64,000 nt of DNA from Candidatus Daviesbacteria bacterium (GCA_016186955.1 JACPKP010000003.1:2290-66289), one strand, 5' to 3'; shown: positions 19,901-25,918, counted from the first letter of the stretch. Numbers and translations: made by a program. The notes: generated by a model not told the origin, from the letters alone.

Positions 19901-21937
19901 TCAACGTATGTCTATGTGTTAGGTGGGAATACCGGTAGCGGTGTCATTTCCACAGTCTATAAATCCACCCTAAATTCTACAACAGGTGATTTAGGCGCTT
20001 TCGCCACTACCAATCAGGCACAATTGTCCCAGCCTTTTTGGCGGCATTCCTCTGTTATCTCTGTACTGGGCCCTTCAACTTATTTTTATATTTTGGGTGG
20101 TTGTGATAATAATTCTTGTACTGCTTCGACAGTCCGTTCCACTGTCTATAAATCAGCCCTCAATACTGACCCAATTGTCCAAACCTTTGCCACCACCTCC
20201 CAATCCCAACTGCCCCAGGTAGTTAAAAACTTCTCTGCCAATTTTACAACAATTTTAGGCACAAATTATATTTATGCCATAGGGGGGGACAGTGGGGCCA
20301 GCTCAGGTACAGGTGATGCAGGCACATTTGACACCACTTCCCAGGGGCAACTGCCGCTTGATGTTAATGCCTACAGACCCTTTAGTGTGAATATAGGTGC
20401 ATCTACTTATGTCTATGTAGTTGGTGGATTTTCCGGCAGCCTCAATAATAAATTGTCTACCAACTACAAAGCTACATTAAATAATACAACCGGTGATGCA
20501 GGCACATTTGCCACCACCAGCCAAGCACAACTTCCTACTGCTTTGAGGAATCACGCCTTGATTAGCACAACAGTGGGCATCTCAACTTATGTTTATACAA
20601 TAGGTGGGGAGAACATCTCCACGGTCTATAAATCCACTATTGTTGGGTCCGGCGCTAATGCCGGCGATCTTGGTACATTTGCTACCACTTCTCAGTCTCA
20701 ACTGCCTGAGGCTAGGAAACAATTGCCGGCCGCTTTGGCCGCAATAGGGTCATCTCAGTATGCTTATGTGGTTGGAGGTTATAATGCTAGCGGTACCAAT
20801 AAATCTACAGTATATAAAGTCAGTATAAATAGTTCATCCGGCGATCTTGGTACATTTGATACCACTTCTCAGTCTCAATTACCCCAAGTCTTGGCTGCTC
20901 ACTCACTGATTGTTCAAACTATTGGTTCATCTACTTATCTTTACGCCGTAGGGGGAGAAAATGGCGGTACTAAATACAGCACCAACTACAAAGCTACATT
21001 AAATAATACAACCGGTGATGTAGGCACTTTTGACACCACCAGCCAGGGACAATTACCCCGCTCTCTGACAAGCTCTACCGCTATTAATGTCAGCGTCGGG
21101 AGCTCATCCTATATTTATGTATTAGGAGGGGATCCGGGAGGTCTGGCAGTATCCACTGTTTATAAAACTACTATTAATGGCACAACTGGTGATGCAGGCA
21201 CATTTGCCACCACCAGCCAGGCCCAATTAATCCGTACTAATGCACAAAATACGGTTTTAACATCAACTGTTGGCCCTTCCTCTTATCTCTATTTCATCGG
21301 GGGTTGTTTGTCCACTAATGGTTGTGCAAATAGTGAAGTGCAGTCTACAGTCTACAGATCCATCTTAGGTTCAACCAAAATAGCAGAATCTACTGTTTAC
21401 AAATCTACTGTAGATTCAAGCGCCAATGTGGGGAGTTTTGCCACCACTGCCCAAACCCAGCTCTCCACTGCCCTGCAGTCCCACGGAACTGCTTTTTTCC
21501 AGAACAGCTCACCCTACCTTTATGTTATAGGCGGGTGTGTTTTTGGAGGTACGCCATGTGGCATAGCAGATACCCGGCAGACAATTTATAGGACTTCCAT
21601 TACTTCCTCGACCGGAGATGTGGGGGCATTTTCCTACTCTGCCAACGGGCTGCCCATAGTTTTAAACAAACTTACAACTACAACTGCCACCTTAGGCGCC
21701 ACCACCTACCTGTATATCTCAGGGGGGGCATTGGGGACAACAGACCAGTCCACATTTTACCAGTCCAGGATCTCCAACTCTGAATTTGACACCCAGATCC
21801 AAAATGCCACAGTCGCCAATTCCTGGCTGGTTGTAGATGTATCATCACTCCAGATCCCCGAGAACCTGCTGGGGTTTTTGCCATTAGGATTATTGTTACC
21901 CAAACTGATGAAAAAGTTCCGGAGGCAAAAAGATTAA
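10973..21937 (+). CDS. Giant (3654 aa) multidomain surface protein: IS481-like transposase HTH region, membrane-embedded processive GT2 glycosyltransferase, ~36 tandem Kelch-like beta-propeller repeats, PEP-CTERM-like (PEN-CTERM) sorting tail
   Basis: Single uninterrupted ORF. aa 1-170 contain two transposase-type HTH motifs ('ISRTLLYRWINR','VSRTAFYKWLERY') plus a 'VQNVLKRHSLN' HTH_32-like segment. TM helices follow. The GT2 domain ('VSIHLATYNEKRV...VVIVDDSTEQ...FDADF...RQRMRWAEG...WFRTPKTG') is followed by cellulose-synthase-like C-terminal TMs. An anchor helix 'GKIILASFVIVFILL' precedes a Ser/Thr-rich region and the repeat '...ST(V)YKSTLNSTTGDAGAFATTSQGQLP..(h)SAV(s)T.VGPSTYIYVLGG...'. C-terminus: 'QIPENLLGFLPLGLLLPKLMKKFRRQKD'. 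Confidence 0.75.
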   Translation: MSAKLTAKERTKVIKRALKGENISGLCREYKISRTLLYRWINRCKLAQKKREERQLRPQDRQEMIERVKLGENVAKVCSLYNVSRTAFYKWLERYEQAPEGHKLEALWDKQPKVERYFNQASEEYEEAVLSAVREYPELSSHKLVWALPQVGGKPILSNHGVQNVLKRHSLNTYGLRLAYSKAYYKPTALSRFFAFIQSVLAAVTAQPAQRRNVLVRGSFVFALTIFSLVTVYGLFSLSRLVLGAGGVALSLGLILSLIALGFGMFFFLYSLKYYITIAMVLSFSRRSDEENLKSQNSNLKSASQILNPNHQRKSFLQNIQGTGRDDVIKYQGGLGLKADLSGVILDRQPFVSIHLATYNEKRVLERLLTAATAQEYENYEVVIVDDSTEQESIDILNKWKKHPRVKVIHRESREGYKGGALREALKISSPRTEFVLVFDADFIPYPDTITSFLKYFKLTVGNLETKHSTSNVAAVQGYQWHVLNKSENWITRGVKSEYSGSYVIERSGEELYSGLKQIAGSVYMIRADVLKELGWGTSITEDFQLTLRLYERGYKVVFTPYIQAPAEAVSTIKRLIRQRMRWAEGHSHNIKKMLIPLLTSKNLTWAEKFEVLYLTPYYLQAAFFIFGTLCWFLAEVVFRVTLPFWTSTWGWSLVLTNLFALPLMNLVGLFLEESNEKDYLGLPAFMALSYVVAPFQGYAAIKGFLEKEEGPWFRTPKTGRITDVFTPGKLYKFVFGWLGKTVKHSANPAIGQINRMYSQEQLAEFAAMSEDNVTLSETKGINISFANAQDDRGRIYQTQPNVVVLAISKAVSKLTVNQFSIFIFQFLMNFQWFKRLNSKLKKIAASLALLAPRNDGGRSPHLAVSSSFNTFNYFKSLNSLNHPVPAPNRLVGKIILASFVIVFILLNQAALFNQYTVDLRHMSIKAKEGGPISRKLAAGAPLPIDPTIEQQINITTQEYSTQSITDMPTDNSLGLVRYTAASYTSPTTYFEAVIKNSNSSTTTASLYDSTGAYVAGSAVTATGATYTRVRSAAITLTTGTDYTVRLRSSPGNGAISSGTASIIAARIIVVQATDSNITNTETQVEVGDNETTSKVDLTPLSNPKYFKFDPTKYDAGSITAYFEATLKASNNTPAATSTGPNSPSSCADDGAVGTLTWTNDSNATAQDDQTAVMQGTDNGTSEYEECVGFSFNLAPTDTVAGVLLEADIYSSGTSTRPIIDNSVKLSQAGTITGNDQATTDAWPTSDTDTYTSWGSSSNLWGVSWTPADINDPNFGAGISARKTTTAGNPGTGKIDHVRMTVYYTPAAAAQTATAELYNRTDGLAVTESSVSTSNLTWTRARSSALSTNWDTTNADEYEVRVKTSDTTANASIANAKVVLVQNVAGGIGNVELYHNYINAPESQNSASVGTFSTTNQGQIPLVRMQGSSVINTIGSSTYVYVLGGCNAACSSTTDTSTVYKSTINNVTGDAGVFSTTSQGQLVTENSDNAVVTSSLGGTTYIYEIGGDNGARKSTVYKASINSSGDIGTFATTSQGQMPAILGSISSNSITVGPSSYIYILGGAPATGQSSTVYKSTLNSSNGDAGAFATTSQQQLPIKVRDHTSVSTTVGPSTYIYVVGGESAAFSSAVYKSTIDSSGDVSAVFATTSQGQLPQISSQHYAVLTAVGQSTYLYTMGGSPDGGTTVVSTVYKSTLDSATGDLSTFSTTNQQQLVPLTFGLSANAALVGPSTYLYVLGGYNGSSALSTVYKAPLSNDFDSFGYNNLYNSNDWIGGTFTFYQESTLKQTQAGVTANSRLTPGGIGNVSSTLMPNAANGNFGVFATTSQGQVPEINSNLSSSTAMVNGSTYIYVLGGNNDSANQSTVYKSTVNSTTGDAGAFATTSQGQLPQILEGLQTRSLAVGSSTYIYTLGGYTGTAYKSTVYKSTLKAASDSTNGDAGAFATTSQAQLPLTNGNFGSTILTSGASTYIYVIGGASTASVSYSTNYKALIDPTTGDIGAFATTSQAQLPAAGQRLGVTSAVIGPSSYLYVGGGCSGCGTPVSTFYKATIDPTTGDIGTLATTNQAQLPTALRQFNITSTIVGPSTYLYVFGGCTGGVSCGNQSTVYKSTLNSSNGDAGTFATTSQGQLAQPLIWVGGSGAIASAGPSTYLYVLGGLNTSSVSISTVYKSALQQNPYERQRSGDITSYLNGSLAANAGTFDTTNQAQLPKMFRQHSAVSTQIGNSTYVYVLGAFTDLSSVLSTAYKSTLDNNTGNLSLFNTSNQAQLLQAFRLAATTSLSVGVSTYVYVLGGFTSSANISTVYKSTINSATGDLGTFDTTSQGQVPQALRSHTINSAQIGVSTYIYVLGGVNTGGSDISTIYTSTVNSATGDLGTFDTTSQAQLPRVGSSFASITQSVGPSTYLYVIGIQGNTSVYRSVINSTSGYLGVFDTTSQGQLVQNTTQHSAIATVLGPSTYIYVLGGSSMSTIYRAALNSSTGNINTFTTTSQSQLLNISRENTAIIANTGPSTYIFQLGGFDNGSSTTFSTVYKSVLTEDLTPGNLNVIQTTYQGQLPAALSSHATVVGRDQGVNYIYQLGDNPASTVYKSAIDANGYAGTFATTNQAQLTQTLKNLQAVSASYGGTTYIYTIGGDNGSAITSTVYRANSNGTSGNLTVAFATTSQAQLPQGLQNHQAVIGATSGDNYIYALGGCNLTGFCAASSTQSTVYKANIKVSADAQTFATTSQKQLLKISEAPASVTATMGSSTYVYVLGGYDQGGVINSTVYKTTLNSTTGDAGAFATTSQGQLVVGLQYQSALVSTIGSSTYLYVLGGYNGSDLSTVYKTTLNSTTGDIGAFATTNQGQLVQINESHASVTTAVGPSTYVYVLGGTSDGGTTIFSTVYKSTINSTTGDIGAFATTSQQQLPALREKLASFVAAMGPSTYVYVLGGAEASVKSTNYKATLNASGDIGAFATTSQGQLPNIIYMHSAITSTIGSSTYVYVLGGNTGSGVISTVYKSTLNSTTGDLGAFATTNQAQLSQPFWRHSSVISVLGPSTYFYILGGCDNNSCTASTVRSTVYKSALNTDPIVQTFATTSQSQLPQVVKNFSANFTTILGTNYIYAIGGDSGASSGTGDAGTFDTTSQGQLPLDVNAYRPFSVNIGASTYVYVVGGFSGSLNNKLSTNYKATLNNTTGDAGTFATTSQAQLPTALRNHALISTTVGISTYVYTIGGENISTVYKSTIVGSGANAGDLGTFATTSQSQLPEARKQLPAALAAIGSSQYAYVVGGYNASGTNKSTVYKVSINSSSGDLGTFDTTSQSQLPQVLAAHSLIVQTIGSSTYLYAVGGENGGTKYSTNYKATLNNTTGDVGTFDTTSQGQLPRSLTSSTAINVSVGSSSYIYVLGGDPGGLAVSTVYKTTINGTTGDAGTFATTSQAQLIRTNAQNTVLTSTVGPSSYLYFIGGCLSTNGCANSEVQSTVYRSILGSTKIAESTVYKSTVDSSANVGSFATTAQTQLSTALQSHGTAFFQNSSPYLYVIGGCVFGGTPCGIADTRQTIYRTSITSSTGDVGAFSYSANGLPIVLNKLTTTTATLGATTYLYISGGALGTTDQSTFYQSRISNSEFDTQIQNATVANSWLVVDVSSLQIPENLLGFLPLGLLLPKLMKKFRRQKD
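15190..21790 (+). repeat. Coding tandem array of ~36 Kelch-like ~60-aa repeats (~180 nt period) inside the giant gene
   Basis: Reiterated 'STVYKST(L/I)NSTTGD(A/I/L)G(A/T)FATTSQ(G/A)QLP' plus '...VGPSTY(I/L/V)YVLGG' units, seen directly in the translation. Copies are divergent at the DNA level but some are near-identical (e.g. 19255-19330 vs 19435-19500). Confidence 0.8.
21854..21934 (+). other. C-terminal PEP-CTERM-like sorting signal (PEN motif - TM helix - basic cluster) of the giant protein
   Basis: 'IPEN' + 'LLGFLPLGLLLP' + 'KLMKKFRRQKD' mirrors the tripartite PEP-CTERM architecture (PEP - hydrophobic - Arg/Lys-rich). Confidence 0.6.
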
Positions 21938-21955
21938 ATATGCTAAGATACACGA

Positions 21956-22375
21956 ATGAAAACGAATCAGGAACGAATCAAAACGAATACTTTAGTGTAT
22001 CCAGAGCTCAGTTTTAAAATTATGAACGTCCTTTTTAAGGTACATAATATGTTAGGATCAAAATTGCAGGAAAAATATTACCAGAGAGCAATTGAGATTG
22101 AGTTTCAAAAACAAAATATTCTATTTGAAAGAGAAAAGATGATCCCACTAAACTACGAAGAAAATAGTATCGGTAGATACTTTATAGATTTTGTGATTGA
22201 AGATAAAATTGCGCTTGAAGTAAAAGCTGCAGATTATTTCAAGAGAGGTTTTACTATCCAAGTTTTGGCTTATTTAAACTCGGGTAACTTTAAACTTGGA
22301 ATTATTGCAAACTTCAATTCGAACAAGGTACTGTTTAAAAGACTTATTAATCCGGAATATGATAAAAAGCATTAG
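21956..22375 (+). CDS. GxxExxY family protein (PD-(D/E)XK-like)
   Basis: 139 aa. 'YPELSFKIMNVLFKVHNMLGSKLQEKYYQRAIEIEF...GRYFIDFVIEDKIALEVKA...QVLAYLNSGNFKLGIIANFN' matches the GxxExxY family layout (G.xLxExxYxxAL..EL). Confidence 0.7.
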   Translation: MKTNQERIKTNTLVYPELSFKIMNVLFKVHNMLGSKLQEKYYQRAIEIEFQKQNILFEREKMIPLNYEENSIGRYFIDFVIEDKIALEVKAADYFKRGFTIQVLAYLNSGNFKLGIIANFNSNKVLFKRLINPEYDKKH

Positions 22376-22416
22376 TTTATATTTGTTAAAAAATTCGTTT
22401 ATATTAGTATTATTGT

Positions 22417-23115
22417 ATGAACACAAAACGTGAGACTTTTTCCACCCTTTTTATAATCTTGGTGGCGATGCTGGTTTTTTTACCCTTTATTACTACTTTC
22501 CAGGATATATTAACGCGCATTATTTTACACTTTGATACGTATAAAGCGTTACAGAGCATAGTAGTGCCTTATGAACTGAAAGTCCTGGCAGCTGTTTTAA
22601 ACTTTCTGCACCTGCAGACTGAGGCCGGGCCCTCTTACATCCAGTTTATGCGGGATGGCAAAGTTGAGGTGATATATTTGGCTTGGAATTGCATAGGCTG
22701 GCAATCTTTACTGTTTTTGCTGGTAACCCTGGTCACCGGGCTGTCGGGAAAGTATACTCGGATGAGCAAATTCCAGGCGTTTTTAGTGGGGATATTGGGG
22801 ATTTACCTGATCAATATTTTCAGGATGACGCTGGTGGTGGTTATTTATTACTTTAGCGGGCGGGGGCTTGGCAATGTGTTCCATAATTATTTCTCCAACC
22901 TGCTGTCAATCTCATGGCTGTTTTTATTCTGGTGGATGGCGTATAAGTATATTTTGGAGGAGGTTGGAATTTATCCTAAAGGCAATAAAGCCGTATTTAA
23001 AGGAAGATTTTTAAAGCTGTATGGTAGAATAAGCGCAAAAGTTAAAGCGAAAAGTGCAAAACTAAAGCTGAAAGTTAAAAACTTAAAATTATGGGAAAAA
23101 ATAAAGAAGAATTAA
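22417..23115 (+). CDS. exosortase/archaeosortase-family protein (small CPR-type)
   Basis: 232 aa polytopic membrane protein with the conserved Cys in 'LAWNCIGWQSLLFLL' and Asn/Arg in 'LINIFRMTLVV', as in the exosortase/archaeosortase active-site helices. The lysine-rich tail 'KVKAKSAKLKLKVKNLKL' is encoded by an AT-rich heptamer array. Two genes downstream of a protein with a PEP-CTERM-like tail. Confidence 0.6.
   Translation: MNTKRETFSTLFIILVAMLVFLPFITTFQDILTRIILHFDTYKALQSIVVPYELKVLAAVLNFLHLQTEAGPSYIQFMRDGKVEVIYLAWNCIGWQSLLFLLVTLVTGLSGKYTRMSKFQAFLVGILGIYLINIFRMTLVVVIYYFSGRGLGNVFHNYFSNLLSISWLFLFWWMAYKYILEEVGIYPKGNKAVFKGRFLKLYGRISAKVKAKSAKLKLKVKNLKLWEKIKKN
22990..23095. repeat. AT-rich heptamer array (aaagYNa units), left flank of four-helix-bundle gene
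   Basis: 'gcaaaagttaaagcgaaaagtgcaaaactaaagctgaaagttaaaaacttaaaa'. It is partially complementary to the array at 23440-23505 (e.g. 'ctgaaagttaaaaac' vs 'gttttgaactttcag'). Confidence 0.55.
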
Positions 23116-23456
23116 AATACAGAGCTTACAAATTTTCTATCAAAATCATCAAGTTTTCCGCTACTTTGCCAAACCAAAGAGTTTATTGGATTATGGGTGA
23201 TCAATTACTGAGGTCTGCGACTTCGATTGGAGCAAATATTATCGAGGCGCAAGCTGCATCAAGCAGGAAGGATTTTATTAGATTTTACGAAATAGCGCTC
23301 AAGTCGGCAAATGAGACAGGGTATTGGTTAGCGCTTTTAAGGGACGGAACTGAGATTGATAATGATGAAATAAATCAACTACTGGAGGAAACAAAACAAC
23401 TAGCCAAAATTTTAGGGGCTAGTTTGCTAACTTTAAAAAGTAAAAGAAAGTTTTGA
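23091..23456 (+). CDS. four-helix-bundle protein (23S rRNA intervening-sequence protein / Avd-like family)
   Basis: 121 aa. 'ELKYRAYKFSIKIIKF...LRSATSIGANIIEAQAASSRKDFIRFYEIALKSANETGYWLALL' is the hallmark of the TIGR02436-type four-helix-bundle family. Confidence 0.75.
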   Translation: MGKNKEELKYRAYKFSIKIIKFSATLPNQRVYWIMGDQLLRSATSIGANIIEAQAASSRKDFIRFYEIALKSANETGYWLALLRDGTEIDNDEINQLLEETKQLAKILGASLLTLKSKRKF

Positions 23457-23505
23457 CTTTTGAGTTGTAGCTTTGCGTTTTGAACTTTCAGTTTTACGTT
23501 TGACT
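23440..23505. repeat. AT-rich heptamer array in opposite orientation, right flank of four-helix-bundle gene
   Basis: 'aagtaaaagaaagttttgacttttgagttgtagctttgcgttttgaactttcagttttacgtttgac'. Forms an inverted repeat with the array at 22990-23095. Confidence 0.55.
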
Positions 23506-23506
23506 C

Positions 23507-25561
23507 ATGATACAAACTGTCTTGGCTCTCTCCCAATTCTTTATCAATAACTTCCCTCCGCCAGCTGGCGGATGGTGGTACCCATACTGGTATTTGGGCA
23601 ACCCTTACCATTATCTGATAGGGCCGGTGGTGCCAATAATATTGGCAATTATAAATTTCAAATTTCAAATTTCAAATTTTGGATTTCCAATATATTTAGG
23701 GTTGCTGGGAGTGTCATGGGTGGTTGGAGGAGTGGGGGTGTATCAGCTGGTAGAAAAGCTATCTCAAACCTCAAATCGCAAATCTCAAATCCTTTATGCT
23801 TTACTATTTATGTTCCTGCCCTTCTCGTTGTTTCTTTTGGCTTACTCAAATGGGTTGTATCACTTTGCCTGGGGGTTTTTGCCATGGGTTTTTGTGGTAT
23901 TTTTACGCTTTCTTGTCGGATCTCCCATGTCATTGCGAGACCACAAAGTGGCGAAGCAATCTAATTTAATAAAGATTGCCGCGCTCCCTTCAGTCGCTCG
24001 CAATGACGAAGAAAAAAAGGGCATAAAAATTGCCCTGTTGCTTAGTATTTTGGTATCCTTTGTACTGTTGGTAGATGTTTCGATACTGCTTCCAATGCTG
24101 GTAGGGTTTGTTTGTTTAGGGGTGGTAATCAAGGATATTAAAGGAGTTAAGGGAATTAATGGGGGCGGGGAATATCAGGTTTTTAAAACTTTCTTTGTAT
24201 TATTGTTTGCCCTAAGCCTGGCTACAATCTGGTACACACCCGGGTTTTGGCTGACCCTGTTGCAAAACCCCTCATTTGGTGGGATGCCGCTTGTTAATTT
24301 GGGGAAATTTTTATTCCAGCTGCTTTTGAACCTGGTCCCTATCCTGGCAGCGGTTTGGGTGGTCAAGCTGAGAATGAAAAATTTGTCCCGGACAGCATAC
24401 TTCGGGCTGCTTTTTTTGTCATCATTTCTTTTTCTTACTATAATAAGGTATTTATCTGATCCTGATTTTGTGCAGGACTGGATCGGGTTTTTTATAGAGA
24501 TCCAGTTTGGGTTGGCGATTTTGCTGGGCTCTTTTTTGTCATCCTCGCGTATGCGGGGATCTTTTAGAAGATTGATTCCCGCTTTCGCGGGAATGACAGT
24601 ACTATTGGTATTTATTGTAAAAGGTTGGATGGGTGGCGAAAATGTAAAATATCAATCCAAGATTGTATCCATGCTGAAAAATGTGCCCAAAGACGAGCGG
24701 GTGTTTCTTTCAGGCACAAGCGTTTTTTGGGCTAACCAATACCTTGATATTATACAGGTGAGGGGAGGGGTAGACCAGGCATCAATCCATCCTTACTGGG
24801 CTGATGGGGCATACCAGATTAGGGAAGGGGAAAATAGTGAGTTATCTTTAAACTGGCTTAGGGCTTTAGGCGTAAGCTGGATTTTAGTGCATAGTGGAGG
24901 GTCAGATGAGCCTTACAGGGATTTTAAGCGCCCTGAGAAGTTTACCCAAATTTGTCATCCCCGACTTGATCGGGGATCCATTTTGGAAAAGGATCCTCGC
25001 ATTCGCGAGGATGACACAATATGTAAGATTGTTAAGGGAATTAAGGGGGATACTCTATATAAGGTAGGCGGGGCAAGCATTGCCAGGGTGGCTGATAAAT
25101 CAATATTGGAGGTTAAAAAACCAAAAAACGGCGCAGATGCCCAAACATTGGCAAAATATGTCAACACCTTCAAAATACACCCCGGGGGTTCACCCCCGGG
25201 GTGGGAAAACAGGCCTGGCTTTACGAACGTAATTGAGGTAGATGCTGATTTGGGAAAGGATGAGGTGATCTCTTTGGCGATTGCCTATGACAGGGGATGG
25301 CAAGTTCAACAGTTCCACCCGGGGGGTGGAACTGGAGGAGTGAGGCTGGTCAAAGATAATCTGGGTAATATAGTTTTGATACCTGGTGCAGTCGGCCGGA
25401 TCAGCTTGAGCTTGGTTTATCAGACCCCGGTTTGGGAGAGGGCAGCGCCTGTTTTGATATCTTTGGTGCTTCTTTTTATATTGGTAAATTATGATAAATC
25501 CTATCCCGGGATGTCCCGAATCCTGGCTAAGGTGGGGCATGGATTAGGGGAGGAAGAATAA
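23507..25561 (+). CDS. large polytopic membrane protein (possible GT-C-like) carrying multiple in-frame mini-element insertions
   Basis: 684 aa, many TM helices ('WWYPYWYLGNPYHY' N-terminal region). In-frame copies of heptamer repeats (ISNFKFQISNFGF at 23640-23700), a GTCAT-family half element (23966-24006), two hairpin MITEs (24537-24597, 24954-25015) and caccccgggggtg palindromes (25178-25204, ~25318-25335). Confidence 0.5.
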   Translation: MIQTVLALSQFFINNFPPPAGGWWYPYWYLGNPYHYLIGPVVPIILAIINFKFQISNFGFPIYLGLLGVSWVVGGVGVYQLVEKLSQTSNRKSQILYALLFMFLPFSLFLLAYSNGLYHFAWGFLPWVFVVFLRFLVGSPMSLRDHKVAKQSNLIKIAALPSVARNDEEKKGIKIALLLSILVSFVLLVDVSILLPMLVGFVCLGVVIKDIKGVKGINGGGEYQVFKTFFVLLFALSLATIWYTPGFWLTLLQNPSFGGMPLVNLGKFLFQLLLNLVPILAAVWVVKLRMKNLSRTAYFGLLFLSSFLFLTIIRYLSDPDFVQDWIGFFIEIQFGLAILLGSFLSSSRMRGSFRRLIPAFAGMTVLLVFIVKGWMGGENVKYQSKIVSMLKNVPKDERVFLSGTSVFWANQYLDIIQVRGGVDQASIHPYWADGAYQIREGENSELSLNWLRALGVSWILVHSGGSDEPYRDFKRPEKFTQICHPRLDRGSILEKDPRIREDDTICKIVKGIKGDTLYKVGGASIARVADKSILEVKKPKNGADAQTLAKYVNTFKIHPGGSPPGWENRPGFTNVIEVDADLGKDEVISLAIAYDRGWQVQQFHPGGGTGGVRLVKDNLGNIVLIPGAVGRISLSLVYQTPVWERAAPVLISLVLLFILVNYDKSYPGMSRILAKVGHGLGEEE
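24537..24597. repeat. Hairpin MITE, GTCAT...ATGAC family (in-frame in CDS)
   Basis: 'gtcatcctcgcgtatgcggggatc-ttttagaa-gattgattcccgctttcgcgggaatgac'. Terminal inverted repeats plus the internal hairpin cccgc-tttc-gcggg. Encodes 'SSRMRGSFRRLIPAFAGMT'. Confidence 0.6.
24954..25015. repeat. Hairpin MITE, GTCAT...ATGAC family (in-frame in CDS)
   Basis: 'gtcatccccgacttgatcggggatcc-attttggaaaa-ggatcctcgcattcgcgaggatgac'. TIR gtcatcc/ggatgac and two internal hairpins. Confidence 0.6.
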
Positions 25562-25879
25562 ATTTTCAATTTTAAATTTACAATTTTCAATCAAAGTTTA
25601 ATGATTTAATTTTCAAATTCATGGAGAGAACTGAACTCATACACCTCTGTATCCGCAGCCTCAAAAGGGGACGCCTTTTGATCGTATAATCAACCAACCG
25701 CCCCTTACATGCTCATAGCTAGCAGCCTATTTAACTCAACTGAATACTACCATAAAGAGTAGGTGTCAACGTAACCCACCCTCCAGGTGTATTAGCTTGG
25801 TACCCTATCTTTTTTAACAATTTTGGCCACTTGAAAGGTTTCGCTGCTGGCAAGAACTGAATAGTTACAAATCGAGGTA

Positions 25880-25908
25880 TTGACAAAAACCAGAGAATTG
25901 CTTACAGT
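25880..25908 (+). promoter_or_regulatory. sigma70-like promoter candidate (TTGACA-N17-TACAGT), transcript probably leaderless or near-leaderless
   Basis: TTGACA at 25880-25885, 17-nt spacer, TACAGT at 25903-25908. The ATG of the downstream secreted protein is at 25919. Confidence 0.3.
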
Positions 25909-25918
25909 AAAAATGTAG

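Noticed and set aside
23091-23456. Diversity-generating retroelement suggested by the Avd-like four-helix-bundle protein
   Set aside because: No reverse transcriptase ORF (no YxDD motif) and no template/variable repeat pair could be found in the window. The protein family also occurs alone.
23640-23700. Possibility that the aaatttc arrays are CRISPR repeats
   Set aside because: The units are 7 bp with no unique spacers, no cas genes are in the window, and arrays occur inside coding sequences in-frame. They are microsatellite-like instead.
25620-25860. tmRNA / SRP RNA / RNase P RNA in the GC-richer intergenic segment
   Set aside because: No tRNA-like acceptor/T-arm, no SRP domain IV motif and no P4 pseudoknot consensus could be recognised by eye. 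Left as unassigned.
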